Assembly: GCA_035545955.1 (NCBI GenBank)
Contig: DASZXI010000077.1
Coordinates: 1-32,000 of the forward strand
DNA: 32,000 nucleotides
DNA from: Candidatus Didemnitutus sp.
GTDB lineage: Bacteria; Verrucomicrobiota; Verrucomicrobiia; Opitutales; Opitutaceae
Direction: 5' to 3'
The notes beneath the pieces are model-generated. The model was not told the origin of the DNA. It saw only the letters and a list, made by a program, of their open reading frames with translations, and made no database searches. Shown here one piece after another: positions 15,388 through 24,921 of the stretch; positions within the stretch are counted from its first letter, which is position 1; each line of letters starts with the position of its first letter. The translations under genes and the position numbers were made by a program.

Positions 15388-15846
15388 ATGCCCGGACATC
15401 TGCGTCGCCTGGCTCAGGTGTGGAAGAAATGCCCCACCTATTTTGTCACTACCTGCACTGCGGGGAGGCAGCCAATTCTGTGCGATGACTTGGTCCACGA
15501 GGTCCTGCGGTTGGAATGGCAATCCCTCTCTTCACGTCTCGGCTGGAGCGTCGGTCGTTATGTTGTCATGCCGGACCACGTTCATTTCTTCCTGACGCAA
15601 TCCTTCGATACCTCCGCATCGCTAGGCTCTGCCGTTGGACAGTGGAAGGAGCGAACGGCCCGACGAATCAACCGATTCCGGCACACGCAAGGACGCGTCT
15701 GGCAGCCAGCGTTCTTCGACCATCTGCTTCGCTCGAGCGAATCGCGCTCCGAAAAGTGGGCCTATATTCAGCAAAGTCCGGTCCGCGCCGGGTTGGTCTC
15801 CCGCTCATGCGAATGGCCCTATGCAGGTTGGATCCACTACGAATAG
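15388..15846 (+). CDS. REP-associated tyrosine transposase (RAYT; IS200/IS605 Y1 HUH transposase-like)
   Basis: The ATG at 15388 gives MPGHLRRL...YFVTTCT. The HUH motif is 'VMPDHVHFF'. The C-terminal 'WAYIQQSPVRAGLV' carries the candidate catalytic Tyr. The gene is flanked by inverted GTAG-headed REPs. Confidence 0.85.
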   Translation: MPGHLRRLAQVWKKCPTYFVTTCTAGRQPILCDDLVHEVLRLEWQSLSSRLGWSVGRYVVMPDHVHFFLTQSFDTSASLGSAVGQWKERTARRINRFRHTQGRVWQPAFFDHLLRSSESRSEKWAYIQQSPVRAGLVSRSCEWPYAGWIHYE

Positions 15847-15852
15847 ACGTGC

Positions 15853-16164
15853 AGTGTAGCCGGGGGCGTCCGACCCCGGTCGATCCGCGCAACCGCTCCG
15901 GAATCGGACCGGGCCCTGCGGACCCGGCTACATCAATCCTGCAACCCGTGAATCGCCGCCTTACCCCAGCAGCAACATCGCCCTTTGGTGTAGCCGGGGG
16001 CGTCCGACCCCGGTCGATCCGCGCAACCGTTCCGGAATCGGACCGGGCCTAGCCGGGGGCGTCAGACCCCGGTCGATCCGCGCAACCGTTCCGGAATCGG
16101 ACCGGGCCCTGCGGACCCGGCTGCATCAATCCTGCAACCAATGAATCGCCGTCTTACCCCAGCA
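15853..16164. repeat. tandem array (about 2.4 copies) of the same 134-bp unit, right of the RAYT
   Basis: Copies are 15853-15986 (full), 15987-16049 (truncated) and 16050-16164 (5'-trimmed, diverged). They have the same orientation as the left array. Confidence 0.9.
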
Positions 16165-16209
16165 CCCATTCGTCGCCCTTGACCTTGAACCTGGCCGTCG
16201 CGCCCTCGT

Positions 16210-17103
16210 TCATCCCTTCGGCACGCGGCGATAGGTTCGCGGCGACTGTCCCATGACGCGCCGAAAGCAACGCGTGAAATAATAAGGATCGGCGTATCCG
16301 ACCCGTTCCGCGATTTCGCGCACGGGCAGCAGCGTGGTGTCGAGCAACCGGCAGGCATGCTGCACCCGCTGCCGGATCAGGAAATCGATCGGCGCAAAAC
16401 CGGTCTGCCGGCGAAACAGCGTCGAGTAGTGCGCCACCGACATGTGCGCCGCCGCTGCCAGCTCCTCGAGCCGATGTGACCGCTGCCAGTCACGACGCAG
16501 CGCCTCGACCGAGGCCAGGACCCGTTCCGGTGCCGAACGCAGGCCGCGCGGCGAATAGGCGAGCTGGACGACCACGCTCAACGAGTGACGCAAGGCTGCG
16601 GCCGCCGCCACCTGGTGCCGGACGGCGAAACCTCGCTCCAGCGCCGCGTGCACCTGCTCAAACGCCACCTCGTCGAGGCGATCGTCGGGCAAGGGACAGA
16701 CCAGCGGATGCGTGGAACCCGACCCGACCAGCAGCTCGCCCCAGGCGTCGACCTCACGACCCGCAAAATGCGCCCACACAATCGTCCACGGATTTTCCGC
16801 GCCCGCGCCGTAAGCGTGCGGTTCGCCTCGCGGCAGCCAAACCAGATCGCCCGGTGAGACCGGCCGCGTTTCGTTGTCGACCCGGACCCATCCTTTTCCC
16901 TTCAGACAGAGGATGACGAGCGTCGTGGGCACGCCCCCCGGACGTTTCACCTGATGATAGGCCGCCGCGGGAAAATACCCGGCGTCGGTGACATGCAGTC
17001 CCTGCAAGAGGGGATGCGCCCTCGCCTCGGCGCGAAGGGGCTCCGGGAGGACCAGCAGGTGCTGGCCTTCAAATCCTTCGCGACGGAAACGTGGCAACCT
17101 CAT
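16210..17103 (-). CDS. AraC-family transcriptional regulator (N-terminal cupin sensor + C-terminal HTH)
   Basis: 297-aa ORF with an ATG start. The C-terminal HTH_18 pattern 'LAAAAHMSVAHYSTLFRRQTGFAPIDFLIRQRVQHACRLL..T.LPVREIAERVGY.DPYYFTRCFRR..G.SPR.YR' is present. It is divergent from the glycan locus. Confidence 0.9.
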   Translation of the reverse strand: MRLPRFRREGFEGQHLLVLPEPLRAEARAHPLLQGLHVTDAGYFPAAAYHQVKRPGGVPTTLVILCLKGKGWVRVDNETRPVSPGDLVWLPRGEPHAYGAGAENPWTIVWAHFAGREVDAWGELLVGSGSTHPLVCPLPDDRLDEVAFEQVHAALERGFAVRHQVAAAAALRHSLSVVVQLAYSPRGLRSAPERVLASVEALRRDWQRSHRLEELAAAAHMSVAHYSTLFRRQTGFAPIDFLIRQRVQHACRLLDTTLLPVREIAERVGYADPYYFTRCFRRVMGQSPRTYRRVPKG

Positions 17104-17140
17104 TTTGTAAGATCGTACAGGTTCTCTGAGCTCCTGTCCA

Positions 17141-17169
17141 TTGCCGAGGTTTCGCCAACTTCATAAGAT
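17141..17169 (+). promoter_or_regulatory. possible sigma70-like promoter for the DUF5107-GH2-transporter operon
   Basis: TTGCCG (17141-17146), a 17-nt spacer, then TAAGAT (17164-17169), ending 21 nt upstream of the ATG at 17191. The match to consensus is only 4/6 + 4/6, and the promoter rules of this phylum are unknown to me. Confidence 0.25.
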
Positions 17170-17190
17170 AGTCCCGGCCCTTTGTCACCC

Positions 17191-20100
17191 ATGCCGACCC
17201 CCAGCCCGGTGCAGGTTCGTCGCGAGCCGGTCGTCCTGCCCACCTACGAGCCCCTGCCGCCGGATCGCAATCCGATGTTCCTGGAGAAGCGCGTCTATCA
17301 GGGCTCGAGCGGACGCGTCTACCCACTGCCGTGCACGGATCGCATCGCCGAACACGCGCGACCCCGCACCTGGGAAGCCGTTTTCATCGAGAACGACTAC
17401 CTGCTGGTGATGATGCTGCCCGCCCTGGGCGGCCGCATTCACCGGGCCATGGATAAAACCAACGGCTACGATTTCATCTACTACCAGCCGGTGATCAAAC
17501 CGGCGCTGGTGGGACTCGCCGGGCCCTGGGCCAGCGGCGGGATCGAGTTCAACTGGCCACAGCATCATCGCCCGTCGACTTTCATGCCGGTCGACGTCGC
17601 GGTCGAACATCACGAGGGTGGCTCCGCCACGGTCTGGCTGAGCGAACACGATCCGATGGGACGGATGAAGGGCATGCACGGGGTCCGTCTGCATCCGGAC
17701 AAATCCTATCTCGAACTCGTGGCGCGGGTCTACAATCGCACGCCCGACGTTCAGACTTTCCTTTGGTGGGCCAACGTCGCCACCCGCGTCCACGAGCAGT
17801 ATCAGTCGTTTTTTCCCGGGGATGTGACGCATGTCGCGGATCACGCCAAACGGGCCACGAGCGAATTCCCCCGCTGTCGCGGCCGGTACTATGGCATCGA
17901 CTACGGTCGCCGCCAGCGGGACGGCGTGGCCGCTGCGGAGCAACCGCGGCAGTATCGCCCCGCGCAAAAGTCGGGGCGTCAGGGAGCACCGGGCACGGGG
18001 TACGACTATCCGGCCGACGATCTCTCGTGGTACGCGAACATTCCGGTCCCCACGTCGTATATGTGCATGGGCTCGCAGGCCGATTTCGCCGGCGGCTATG
18101 ACTACCGCGCGCACGCGGGCATCGTGCAGATCGCCAATCATCACATTTCTCCCGGCAAGAAGCAGTGGACGTGGGGCAACCATGAATTCGGGTACGCCTG
18201 GGATCGCAATCTCACCGATCCGGACGAAAACGGGGAATATCGGCCGTACATCGAATTGATGGCGGGCGTCTACACCGACAATCAGCCGGATTTTTCCTTT
18301 CTTCAGCCGGGCGAAACGCGCACCTGGAGCCAGTATTGGTACCCCCTCCGCGCGATCGGCCCCGCCCAGGTCGCCACCCTCGATGCGGCCGGCAGCCTGC
18401 GGGTCAGTCGCGGCATTGCCCACATCGGAGTTGCAACGACGTCCGAGGTGAAGGACGCCGTCGTCGAGTTGCGGCAGGACGCACGTGTGATCGGCACGTG
18501 GAAGCAGACGATCGCGCCGGATCGCCCGCTGGCCTTTGAAACTCTGGTCGATGCGCACGCCGCGGCCCGTGACTTTTCCTTGGTCGTTCGGGGGGCGGAC
18601 GGGCGGAACCTCCTTTCGGTGGAGGAACGCCCGTCCGCCAATGTCCCGCCTCCCCCACCCGCCACCGAGCCGGCGGCGCCCGGCGCCGTCCGGTCCAACG
18701 ACGAGCTCTACGTGATCGGACTGCACCTCGAGCAGTACCGTCACGCCACGCGTCTGCCGGAGACCTATTGGCGCGAAGGATTGCGCCGCGACCCCGGCGA
18801 CTCGCGTTGTCATCTCGCGCTCGGCCGCTGGCATTTGCGCCGCGGCGAACTCGACGCGGCGGAAACGCATCTGCGCGCCAGCCTCGCCCGCCTCACCTCG
18901 CGCAACCCGAACCCCGCCGACGGCGAGCCCAGTTACCAGTTGGGATTGTGCCTGCAGCAGCAGGCGCTGCGCCGATCCGACGACTCGGTCCGCCTGCGGG
19001 ACGAGGCTTACGCCGCCTTCTACAAGGCGACCTGGAATCATGCCTGGCAGCCCGCGGCCTTTCATGCACTCGCCGAAATCGACGTCCAGCGTGGCGATCT
19101 GGTCGCGGCCCGGGATCACTTGAACCGGGCGTTGCGGGTCAACGCCGACAACCTTCGGGCGCGGAATCTGCTCGTGATGGTGCTTCGCGAGACCGGCTCC
19201 CTCGACGAAGCGGAGCGCCTCGTGGCGGAGTCGCTGGCGCTCGATCCCGCGGACTGGTGGTCCCGTCACCTGCGGGGCGACGCGCTGACATGCGACGATC
19301 AGATTCGGCTCGATCTGGCCGTGGACCATATTCGTGCCGGTTTGTACGAGCAGGCATTGGAAATTCTGGTCCGGCGCCCGCCCCCCGTCCCGGCGACCCG
19401 GAGGAATCGGCGCGCGCCCGGCATCGATCTTCCGAACGCATCGCTCGGCGCCAAACCGATGCTGCACTATTGCTCGGCGTGGATCTGCGCTCGTCTCCAT
19501 CGAGACGTCGACGAACGACGCCACCTCCGGATCGCCCGCCGCGCGAATCCGGACTATTGCTTTCCCGCTCGCGTTGAAGAGATCGCGTTTCTGGAGCATG
19601 CCATCGCGGCCGACGCGCAGGATGCCCGCGCCCCGTTCCTGCTCGGCAACCTGCTCTACGACCGCCGGCGCCACCGCGAGGCGATCGACTGCTGGAAACG
19701 TGCCGTCAGACTCGAGCCGGCCAACGCCGTGGCGTGGCGCAACCTCGGGATCGGTTCGTACAACATCCTCGGACAACCTCGCGCCGCACTCCACGCCTAC
19801 GAACGCGCGGTGCGCTCCGCCCCGCAGGACGCGCGGCTGCTGTTCGAACGCGACCAGCTGTGGAAGCGTCTGGGGAAATCCCCGCACCAGCGACTGCAGG
19901 TGCTGCGACGCCACGCCCGACTCGTCGAAAGGCGCGATGACCTTTCCGTGGAATTGTGCGCGCTGTACAATCAGACCGGCCGCCCGGAAAAAGCCCTCGC
20001 CCTCGTGTCCAATCGCCGGTTTCAGCCCTGGGAAGGCGGGGAAGGTTTGGCGCTCGGACAGCACGTCCGAACCCACCTCGCGCTCGGGCGCCGGTGCCTG

Positions 20101-20655
20101 AAACGCCGCGATCCGCCGGGAGCCGTCGCGCACTTCGAGGCCGCGCTCGGCGCACCCGTCAACCTTGGTGAGGCCAAGCATGTGCTCGCCAATCAAAGCG
20201 ACATCCATTTCTGGCTCGGATGCGCGCACGAGTCTCTGGGTGACAGCGTCAACGCCCGGAAGTATTGGATCATGGCGGCTGAATTTCGCGGCGACTTCCA
20301 AGGCATGAGCGTTCGTCCCTTTTCCGAGATGACGTATTATTCCGTGCTCGCCCTCCAGAATCTCGGTCGACTCAAGGAGGCGCGCGCGCTGCTGGATGGC
20401 CTTTCGCGCCACGCCGCCCGACTTGCCCGCGAGCCCGCCACAATCGATTATTTTGCCACGTCGTTGCCCACGATGCTTTTGTTCGAAGACGATCTGACCG
20501 CTCGTCAGCGCACGACCGCACTGTTCCTTCAGGCGCAGGTGCTGCTCGCCCGTCGGAAAAAGCACGCCGCCCGGAAAGTTCTCCACCAGGTTCTCCATCG
20601 CGATCCCAGTCATCCACTCGCCGGAGACCTTCTCTCCTCGACGGGAGACCGGTGA
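17191..20655 (+). CDS. DUF5107 domain + TPR-repeat protein (E. coli YphG-like), ~1150 aa
   Basis: The first ATG is at 17191 (the track starts at a TTG at 17182). The N-terminal ~400 aa ('LPTYEP...NPMF...RVYQGSSGRVYP', 'GGIEFNWPQHHRPSTF', 'KKQWTWG') match DUF5107 as I remember it. The C-terminal ~650 aa consists of TPR-like helices. Confidence 0.85.
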   Translation: MPTPSPVQVRREPVVLPTYEPLPPDRNPMFLEKRVYQGSSGRVYPLPCTDRIAEHARPRTWEAVFIENDYLLVMMLPALGGRIHRAMDKTNGYDFIYYQPVIKPALVGLAGPWASGGIEFNWPQHHRPSTFMPVDVAVEHHEGGSATVWLSEHDPMGRMKGMHGVRLHPDKSYLELVARVYNRTPDVQTFLWWANVATRVHEQYQSFFPGDVTHVADHAKRATSEFPRCRGRYYGIDYGRRQRDGVAAAEQPRQYRPAQKSGRQGAPGTGYDYPADDLSWYANIPVPTSYMCMGSQADFAGGYDYRAHAGIVQIANHHISPGKKQWTWGNHEFGYAWDRNLTDPDENGEYRPYIELMAGVYTDNQPDFSFLQPGETRTWSQYWYPLRAIGPAQVATLDAAGSLRVSRGIAHIGVATTSEVKDAVVELRQDARVIGTWKQTIAPDRPLAFETLVDAHAAARDFSLVVRGADGRNLLSVEERPSANVPPPPPATEPAAPGAVRSNDELYVIGLHLEQYRHATRLPETYWREGLRRDPGDSRCHLALGRWHLRRGELDAAETHLRASLARLTSRNPNPADGEPSYQLGLCLQQQALRRSDDSVRLRDEAYAAFYKATWNHAWQPAAFHALAEIDVQRGDLVAARDHLNRALRVNADNLRARNLLVMVLRETGSLDEAERLVAESLALDPADWWSRHLRGDALTCDDQIRLDLAVDHIRAGLYEQALEILVRRPPPVPATRRNRRAPGIDLPNASLGAKPMLHYCSAWICARLHRDVDERRHLRIARRANPDYCFPARVEEIAFLEHAIAADAQDARAPFLLGNLLYDRRRHREAIDCWKRAVRLEPANAVAWRNLGIGSYNILGQPRAALHAYERAVRSAPQDARLLFERDQLWKRLGKSPHQRLQVLRRHARLVERRDDLSVELCALYNQTGRPEKALALVSNRRFQPWEGGEGLALGQHVRTHLALGRRCLKRRDPPGAVAHFEAALGAPVNLGEAKHVLANQSDIHFWLGCAHESLGDSVNARKYWIMAAEFRGDFQGMSVRPFSEMTYYSVLALQNLGRLKEARALLDGLSRHAARLAREPATIDYFATSLPTMLLFEDDLTARQRTTALFLQAQVLLARRKKHAARKVLHQVLHRDPSHPLAGDLLSSTGDR

Positions 20656-20665
20656 ACGCTCCTCG

Positions 20666-23497
20666 ATGAAAAGCCTTCGCTGGCATTTCGGTCTTGCCCT
20701 CCTGGCCACGCTCGCCGGCCTTCACGTCGTGGGCGCCGAGACGCCCTCGCTCGAGGGCCGATGGAGTTTCGAACTCGACCGCTCCGCCGTCGGCGAATCC
20801 GAACGATGGTATGCGAACCTGCGGGAGCAGCGGTGCCGCCTGCCGGGTACGTTGCCGGGCCAGGGAATTGGCGACGATGTGACGGTCACCACCGCGTGGA
20901 CGGGCAGCATTTTCGATCGCTCCTGGTTTACCGCGCCGCGCTACGTTCCCTACCGCGAGCCCGGAAACATCAAGGTCCCGTTCTGGCTCCAACCAGACAA
21001 ATACTATGTCGGCAAGGCGTGGTTCGTGCGGGAATTTGACCTGCCAGTCGGCTGGTCGGACAAGTCGATTCGGCTGTTGCTGGAGCGTCCGCACTGGAAG
21101 ACCGCGGTCTGGCTCGATGGAGTTTCGCTTGGCTCCCGGGATTCCCTGTCGGTGCCACACGAGTATCGCTTGAGCGCCGCTCTGGCGCCCGGGCGTCATC
21201 GGCTGGCGATCTGCGTCGACAACACGCTCGCTCCGGACATCGGCGAAAATTCGCACAGCATCTCCGATCACACGCAGGGAAACTGGAACGGAATTGCCGG
21301 ACGAATCGAATTGATCGCCACGCCTGCGACCTGGATCGACGATTTGCAGGCGTATCCGGATTATCAGCGCCATCGCGTCACCGTTCGCGGCCACATTTCG
21401 CCGACCTCGCCCGCGCAGACAATCCGCGTCCGCTTCGCCGATGAGGCGGCCGGACGACCGGTCGGCTCCGCGATCGAATCCACGGCCACCCGTGACGGAA
21501 ATTTCGAGGTCGACTATCCCGTGGGCGCCGAAGCGCCGAGCTGGGACGAGTTTTCTCCCGTCGTCCACCATCTTACCGCTTCGCTGGACAACGGTGACCA
21601 TCGGACGATCGACTTCGGCCTGCGGGAAGTCGCGTCAGTCGGTCGCGAGCTGACGATCAACGGACGCCCGATGTTTCTGCGCGGGACTCTCGACTGCGCG
21701 GCATTTCCGCGCACGGGTCACCCTCCGATGGACGTTGCGTCGTGGCGCAAGGAATTTCAGGCGATTCGCGCGCATGGTCTGAATCACGTGCGCTTCCACT
21801 CGTGGTGTCCGCCCGAAGCCGCCTTCCAGGCCGCCGACGAGGCCGGCCTGTATCTGCAGGTGGAAGTCGCCTCCTGGCCCAACTGGAGCACCACGCTCGG
21901 CGACGGGAAACCGGTCGATGCCTGGCTCGACGCCGAAACCGATCGCATTCTCGACGCCTATGGAAGTCACCCGTCCTTCGCCTTTCTTTGCGCGTGCAAC
22001 GAGCCGGGCGGCGATCACGCCACCGCATGGCTGGCCCGCTGGGTCACGCGTCATCGATCGCAGGATGGACGTCGTCTCTACACTTCCGGCGCCGGCTGGC
22101 CGGAATTGTCGGAGAACGACTATCAGGTCCGGGCCGAGCCGCGCATCCAGCATTGGAAGGAAGGTCTGGCCTCGCGGCTGAATCGCCTCCCTCCCGAAAC
22201 CGTGACCGACTATCGTGAGATCGTGGCGCGCTCCGTGCGCCCGGTGGTCAGCCATGAGATCGGACAATGGTGCGCCTTTCCGAATTTCGACGAGATGTCG
22301 AAGTACACGGGTTATCTGAAACCGCGAAACTTCGAAATCTTTCGCGATGCGCTCGCCCACCGCCACCTTCTGCCACAGGCCGCGGACTTCCTGCGCGCCT
22401 CCGGGAAGCTGCAGGCCCTGTGCTACAAGGAGGACATTGAGTCCGCGCTGCGCACGCCGGAGATGGGCGGCTTTCAGTTGCTGGGCTTGTCCGATTTCCC
22501 GGGTCAGGGGACGGCGCTCGTCGGAGTGCTGGACGCTTTTTGGGAACAGAAAGGCTACATCTCGCCCGAGGAGTTTCATCGCTTCTGCGGCGCCACCATT
22601 CCGCTCGCCCGGCTGCCGCGGCGCGTCTTTACCGACGACGAAAGCCTGTCGGCCGAAATCGAAGTGGCCCATTTCGGCCCGACTCCGCTCAGCGGCGCGA
22701 AGGTGAAATGGTCGCTGCGCTCCGACGAGGGCAAGGTCGTACACGAAGGCCGAATTGGACCGGTCGATTTGCGGATCGGTCATGGAGCATCGATCGGACA
22801 GGTGACAATTCCCCTGAAAAATTTGCCCGCGCCCGCCCGATACAAGTTGGTGGTCTCAGTCGAAGGCACCTCCGCCGCCAACGACTGGGACGTTTGGGTT
22901 TATCCCTCGAAAACCCCGGAGGCACGGCCTCGCGCCGACGTGATGGTGACGCATGCGCTCGACGCCAACGCTCTGGCTGCGCTGGCTCGCGGCGCGCCAG
23001 TTGTCCTGTTTCTTGCGCCCGCCAGCCTTCGCCCCGATCCGGACCGACCCGTCGCCCTGGGCTTCACCAGCATATTCTGGAACACCGCGTGGACGAATGG
23101 CCAGGCGCCGCACACTCTGGGGATTCTTTGCGACCCCCATCATCCGGCCCTGGCGGGATTTCCCACGGATCCCTGGTCGAACTGGCAATGGTGGTATCCC
23201 ATCCGGCACGCCGGCGCGATGATCCTCGACGATTTCCCGGCGGAATTGAAGCCGCTGATCCAGGTCGTTCCCGATTGGCACGACCCGCACAAGCTCGCGC
23301 TGGCTTTCGAGGCCCGCGTGGGTTCGGGGCGCCTGCTGGTGTGCAGCATCGACCTTGACGGCGACTCGCCCGATCCCGTGCGCCGCCAGCTTCGTGCGAG
23401 TCTCCTCGCCTATTCCTCGAGCGCCGAGTTCCGTCCGCAAGTCGATGTCTCCGTCGCCGATGTCGAACGACTGGTCGCCACCTCCTCCCTCCCATGA
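20666..23497 (+). CDS. secreted glycoside hydrolase, GH2-like (sugar-binding jelly-roll + (beta/alpha)8 domain)
   Basis: The signal peptide is MKSLRWHFGLALLATLAGLHVVGA. 'WKTAVWLDGVSLGSRDS...HEY' resembles the GH2 N-terminal domain. The TIM-barrel part has 'INGRPMFLRGT', 'HGLNHVRFHSW', candidate acid/base 'CNEPGG' and candidate nucleophile 'SHEIGQW'. Confidence 0.75.
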   Translation: MKSLRWHFGLALLATLAGLHVVGAETPSLEGRWSFELDRSAVGESERWYANLREQRCRLPGTLPGQGIGDDVTVTTAWTGSIFDRSWFTAPRYVPYREPGNIKVPFWLQPDKYYVGKAWFVREFDLPVGWSDKSIRLLLERPHWKTAVWLDGVSLGSRDSLSVPHEYRLSAALAPGRHRLAICVDNTLAPDIGENSHSISDHTQGNWNGIAGRIELIATPATWIDDLQAYPDYQRHRVTVRGHISPTSPAQTIRVRFADEAAGRPVGSAIESTATRDGNFEVDYPVGAEAPSWDEFSPVVHHLTASLDNGDHRTIDFGLREVASVGRELTINGRPMFLRGTLDCAAFPRTGHPPMDVASWRKEFQAIRAHGLNHVRFHSWCPPEAAFQAADEAGLYLQVEVASWPNWSTTLGDGKPVDAWLDAETDRILDAYGSHPSFAFLCACNEPGGDHATAWLARWVTRHRSQDGRRLYTSGAGWPELSENDYQVRAEPRIQHWKEGLASRLNRLPPETVTDYREIVARSVRPVVSHEIGQWCAFPNFDEMSKYTGYLKPRNFEIFRDALAHRHLLPQAADFLRASGKLQALCYKEDIESALRTPEMGGFQLLGLSDFPGQGTALVGVLDAFWEQKGYISPEEFHRFCGATIPLARLPRRVFTDDESLSAEIEVAHFGPTPLSGAKVKWSLRSDEGKVVHEGRIGPVDLRIGHGASIGQVTIPLKNLPAPARYKLVVSVEGTSAANDWDVWVYPSKTPEARPRADVMVTHALDANALAALARGAPVVLFLAPASLRPDPDRPVALGFTSIFWNTAWTNGQAPHTLGILCDPHHPALAGFPTDPWSNWQWWYPIRHAGAMILDDFPAELKPLIQVVPDWHDPHKLALAFEARVGSGRLLVCSIDLDGDSPDPVRRQLRASLLAYSSSAEFRPQVDVSVADVERLVATSSLP

Positions 23498-24921
23498 TTG
23501 TTTCCGCACCGTCCGCCTCGTCGTCCGACTCGGCGCAACTGAACACGCGCTACATCTGGACCATCGCCTGTGCCGCCGCGCTGGGCGGACTGCTGTTCGG
23601 TTGGGACTGGGTCGTGATTGGCGGGGCGAAGCCTTTTTTCGAACGCTACTTCGAGCTCAAGGATCCCGCCCTCGTGGGCTGGGCCAACAGCTGCGCGCTG
23701 GTGGGATGTCTCGTCGGCGCGCTGGCCGCCGGCGCAGGCAGCGACCGCTGGGGACGTCGCCGCCTGTTGTTGCTGTCCGCCGCCCTTTTCGCCGGCACCT
23801 CCGTGGGCAACGCGCTCGCGGAATCGTTTTCAGTTTTTGTCGGCTGGCGCATCCTCGGTGGCGTCGCCATCGGCCTGGCTTCGAGCCTTTCTCCGATGTA
23901 CATCTCGGAAGTCGCCCCCGCCGCGATGCGCGGTCGATTGGTGGCGGTGAATCAGTTGACCATTGTGGTGGGAATCCTCCTCGCCCAATTCATCAATTGG
24001 TCGCTCGTGCGGCACCTTCCGGCGGGAGCTTCCGACGAATTCATCCGCCAGTCCTGGTTCGGCCAGCAGGGATGGCGCTGGATGTTCGGCCTGACCGCCC
24101 TCCCGTCTCTGCTGTTCCTGGTCAGCGTGTTCTTCGTGCCCGAGAGTCCGCGCTGGCTCGCGCAAAAGACCCGGATCGCGGAAGCCCGCGCCACTCTCGT
24201 CTGGATCGGCGGCGCCGACTATGCCGCCGCGCGCCTCCGTGAAATCAGCGGCTCCCTGACAACCGGTGCGCCGACCGCCGGCGGCTGGAAGCATCTCCTC
24301 GATCCGCGATTGCGAAGGGCGCTGGGCTTGGGGCTGGTCCTCGCCGTCTTCCAGCAATGGTGCGGCATCAATGTCATCTTCAACTACGCCGAGGAAATTT
24401 TCAAAGCCGCCGGCTACGACATCTCCGGAGTGCTGGCCAACATCGCGTGGACCGGTTCGGTGAATCTCGTCTTCACGTTTGTCGCGCTCGGTGCGGTTGA
24501 TCGCCGGGGTCGGCGCCCGCTGCTGCTGCTTGGCTCGGCCGGCCTGGCGTTGATCTATGCCGCCCTCGGCGCGTGCTTCGCGTGCCGCGTGTCCGGATGG
24601 CCGTTGCTGCTGCTGGTGCTCGCGGCGATCGGCTGTTACGCGATGTCGCTGGCTCCGGTCACGTGGGTGGTGATAGCGGAGATCTTTCCGAATCGCATCC
24701 GCGGCGCCGCGATGTCGGTGGCGGTGGCTGCGTTGTGGATCGCCTGCTTCGTTCTCACCTACACGTTTCCCATTCTCAACGCCCACTTGGGCGCGGCCGG
24801 GACGTTCTGGCTCTACGCGGTGACCTGCGTGGCCGGGTTCGCCTTCATTTATCTCCGGCTGCCTGAAACCAAGGGAAAAACCCTCGAGGAACTGGAGCAG
24901 CAACTCGGTGGCCCCAAGTAA
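23494..24921 (+). CDS. sugar porter family MFS transporter (XylE/GalP-like sugar:H+ symporter)
   Basis: The start overlaps the GH2 stop as ATGA. 'LGGLLFGWD', 'GRRRLLL', 'PESPRWL' and 'PETKGKTLEELE' are sugar-porter signatures. It has 12 TM segments. Confidence 0.93.
   Translation: MIVSAPSASSSDSAQLNTRYIWTIACAAALGGLLFGWDWVVIGGAKPFFERYFELKDPALVGWANSCALVGCLVGALAAGAGSDRWGRRRLLLLSAALFAGTSVGNALAESFSVFVGWRILGGVAIGLASSLSPMYISEVAPAAMRGRLVAVNQLTIVVGILLAQFINWSLVRHLPAGASDEFIRQSWFGQQGWRWMFGLTALPSLLFLVSVFFVPESPRWLAQKTRIAEARATLVWIGGADYAAARLREISGSLTTGAPTAGGWKHLLDPRLRRALGLGLVLAVFQQWCGINVIFNYAEEIFKAAGYDISGVLANIAWTGSVNLVFTFVALGAVDRRGRRPLLLLGSAGLALIYAALGACFACRVSGWPLLLLVLAAIGCYAMSLAPVTWVVIAEIFPNRIRGAAMSVAVAALWIACFVLTYTFPILNAHLGAAGTFWLYAVTCVAGFAFIYLRLPETKGKTLEELEQQLGGPK

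Noticed and set aside
14952-16164. Possibility that the regularly spaced 134-bp repeats are a CRISPR array
   Set aside because: The whole 134-bp period is conserved, including the segments between hairpins, so there are no unique spacers. The unit is far longer than a CRISPR repeat. A RAYT rather than cas genes is embedded. GTAG-headed palindromes identify them as REP/REPIN.
15065-16358. ORFs 15065-15376 (-), 15516-16052 (+), 15668-15892 (-) and 16062-16358 (-) running through the repeat arrays
   Set aside because: They are translations of the REP units (recurrent '...VAGGVRPRS.RAT.PE.DRALRTRLH.SCNP...' strings), or they overlap the RAYT or AraC genes out of frame.
17185-20709. 1174-aa ORF on the minus strand, antisense to the DUF5107 gene
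   Set aside because: Its composition is Arg/Gly/Ala/Pro-rich and low-complexity, with no recognisable motifs. The + strand frame has clear DUF5107/TPR features. Long antisense ORFs are expected at about 65% GC.
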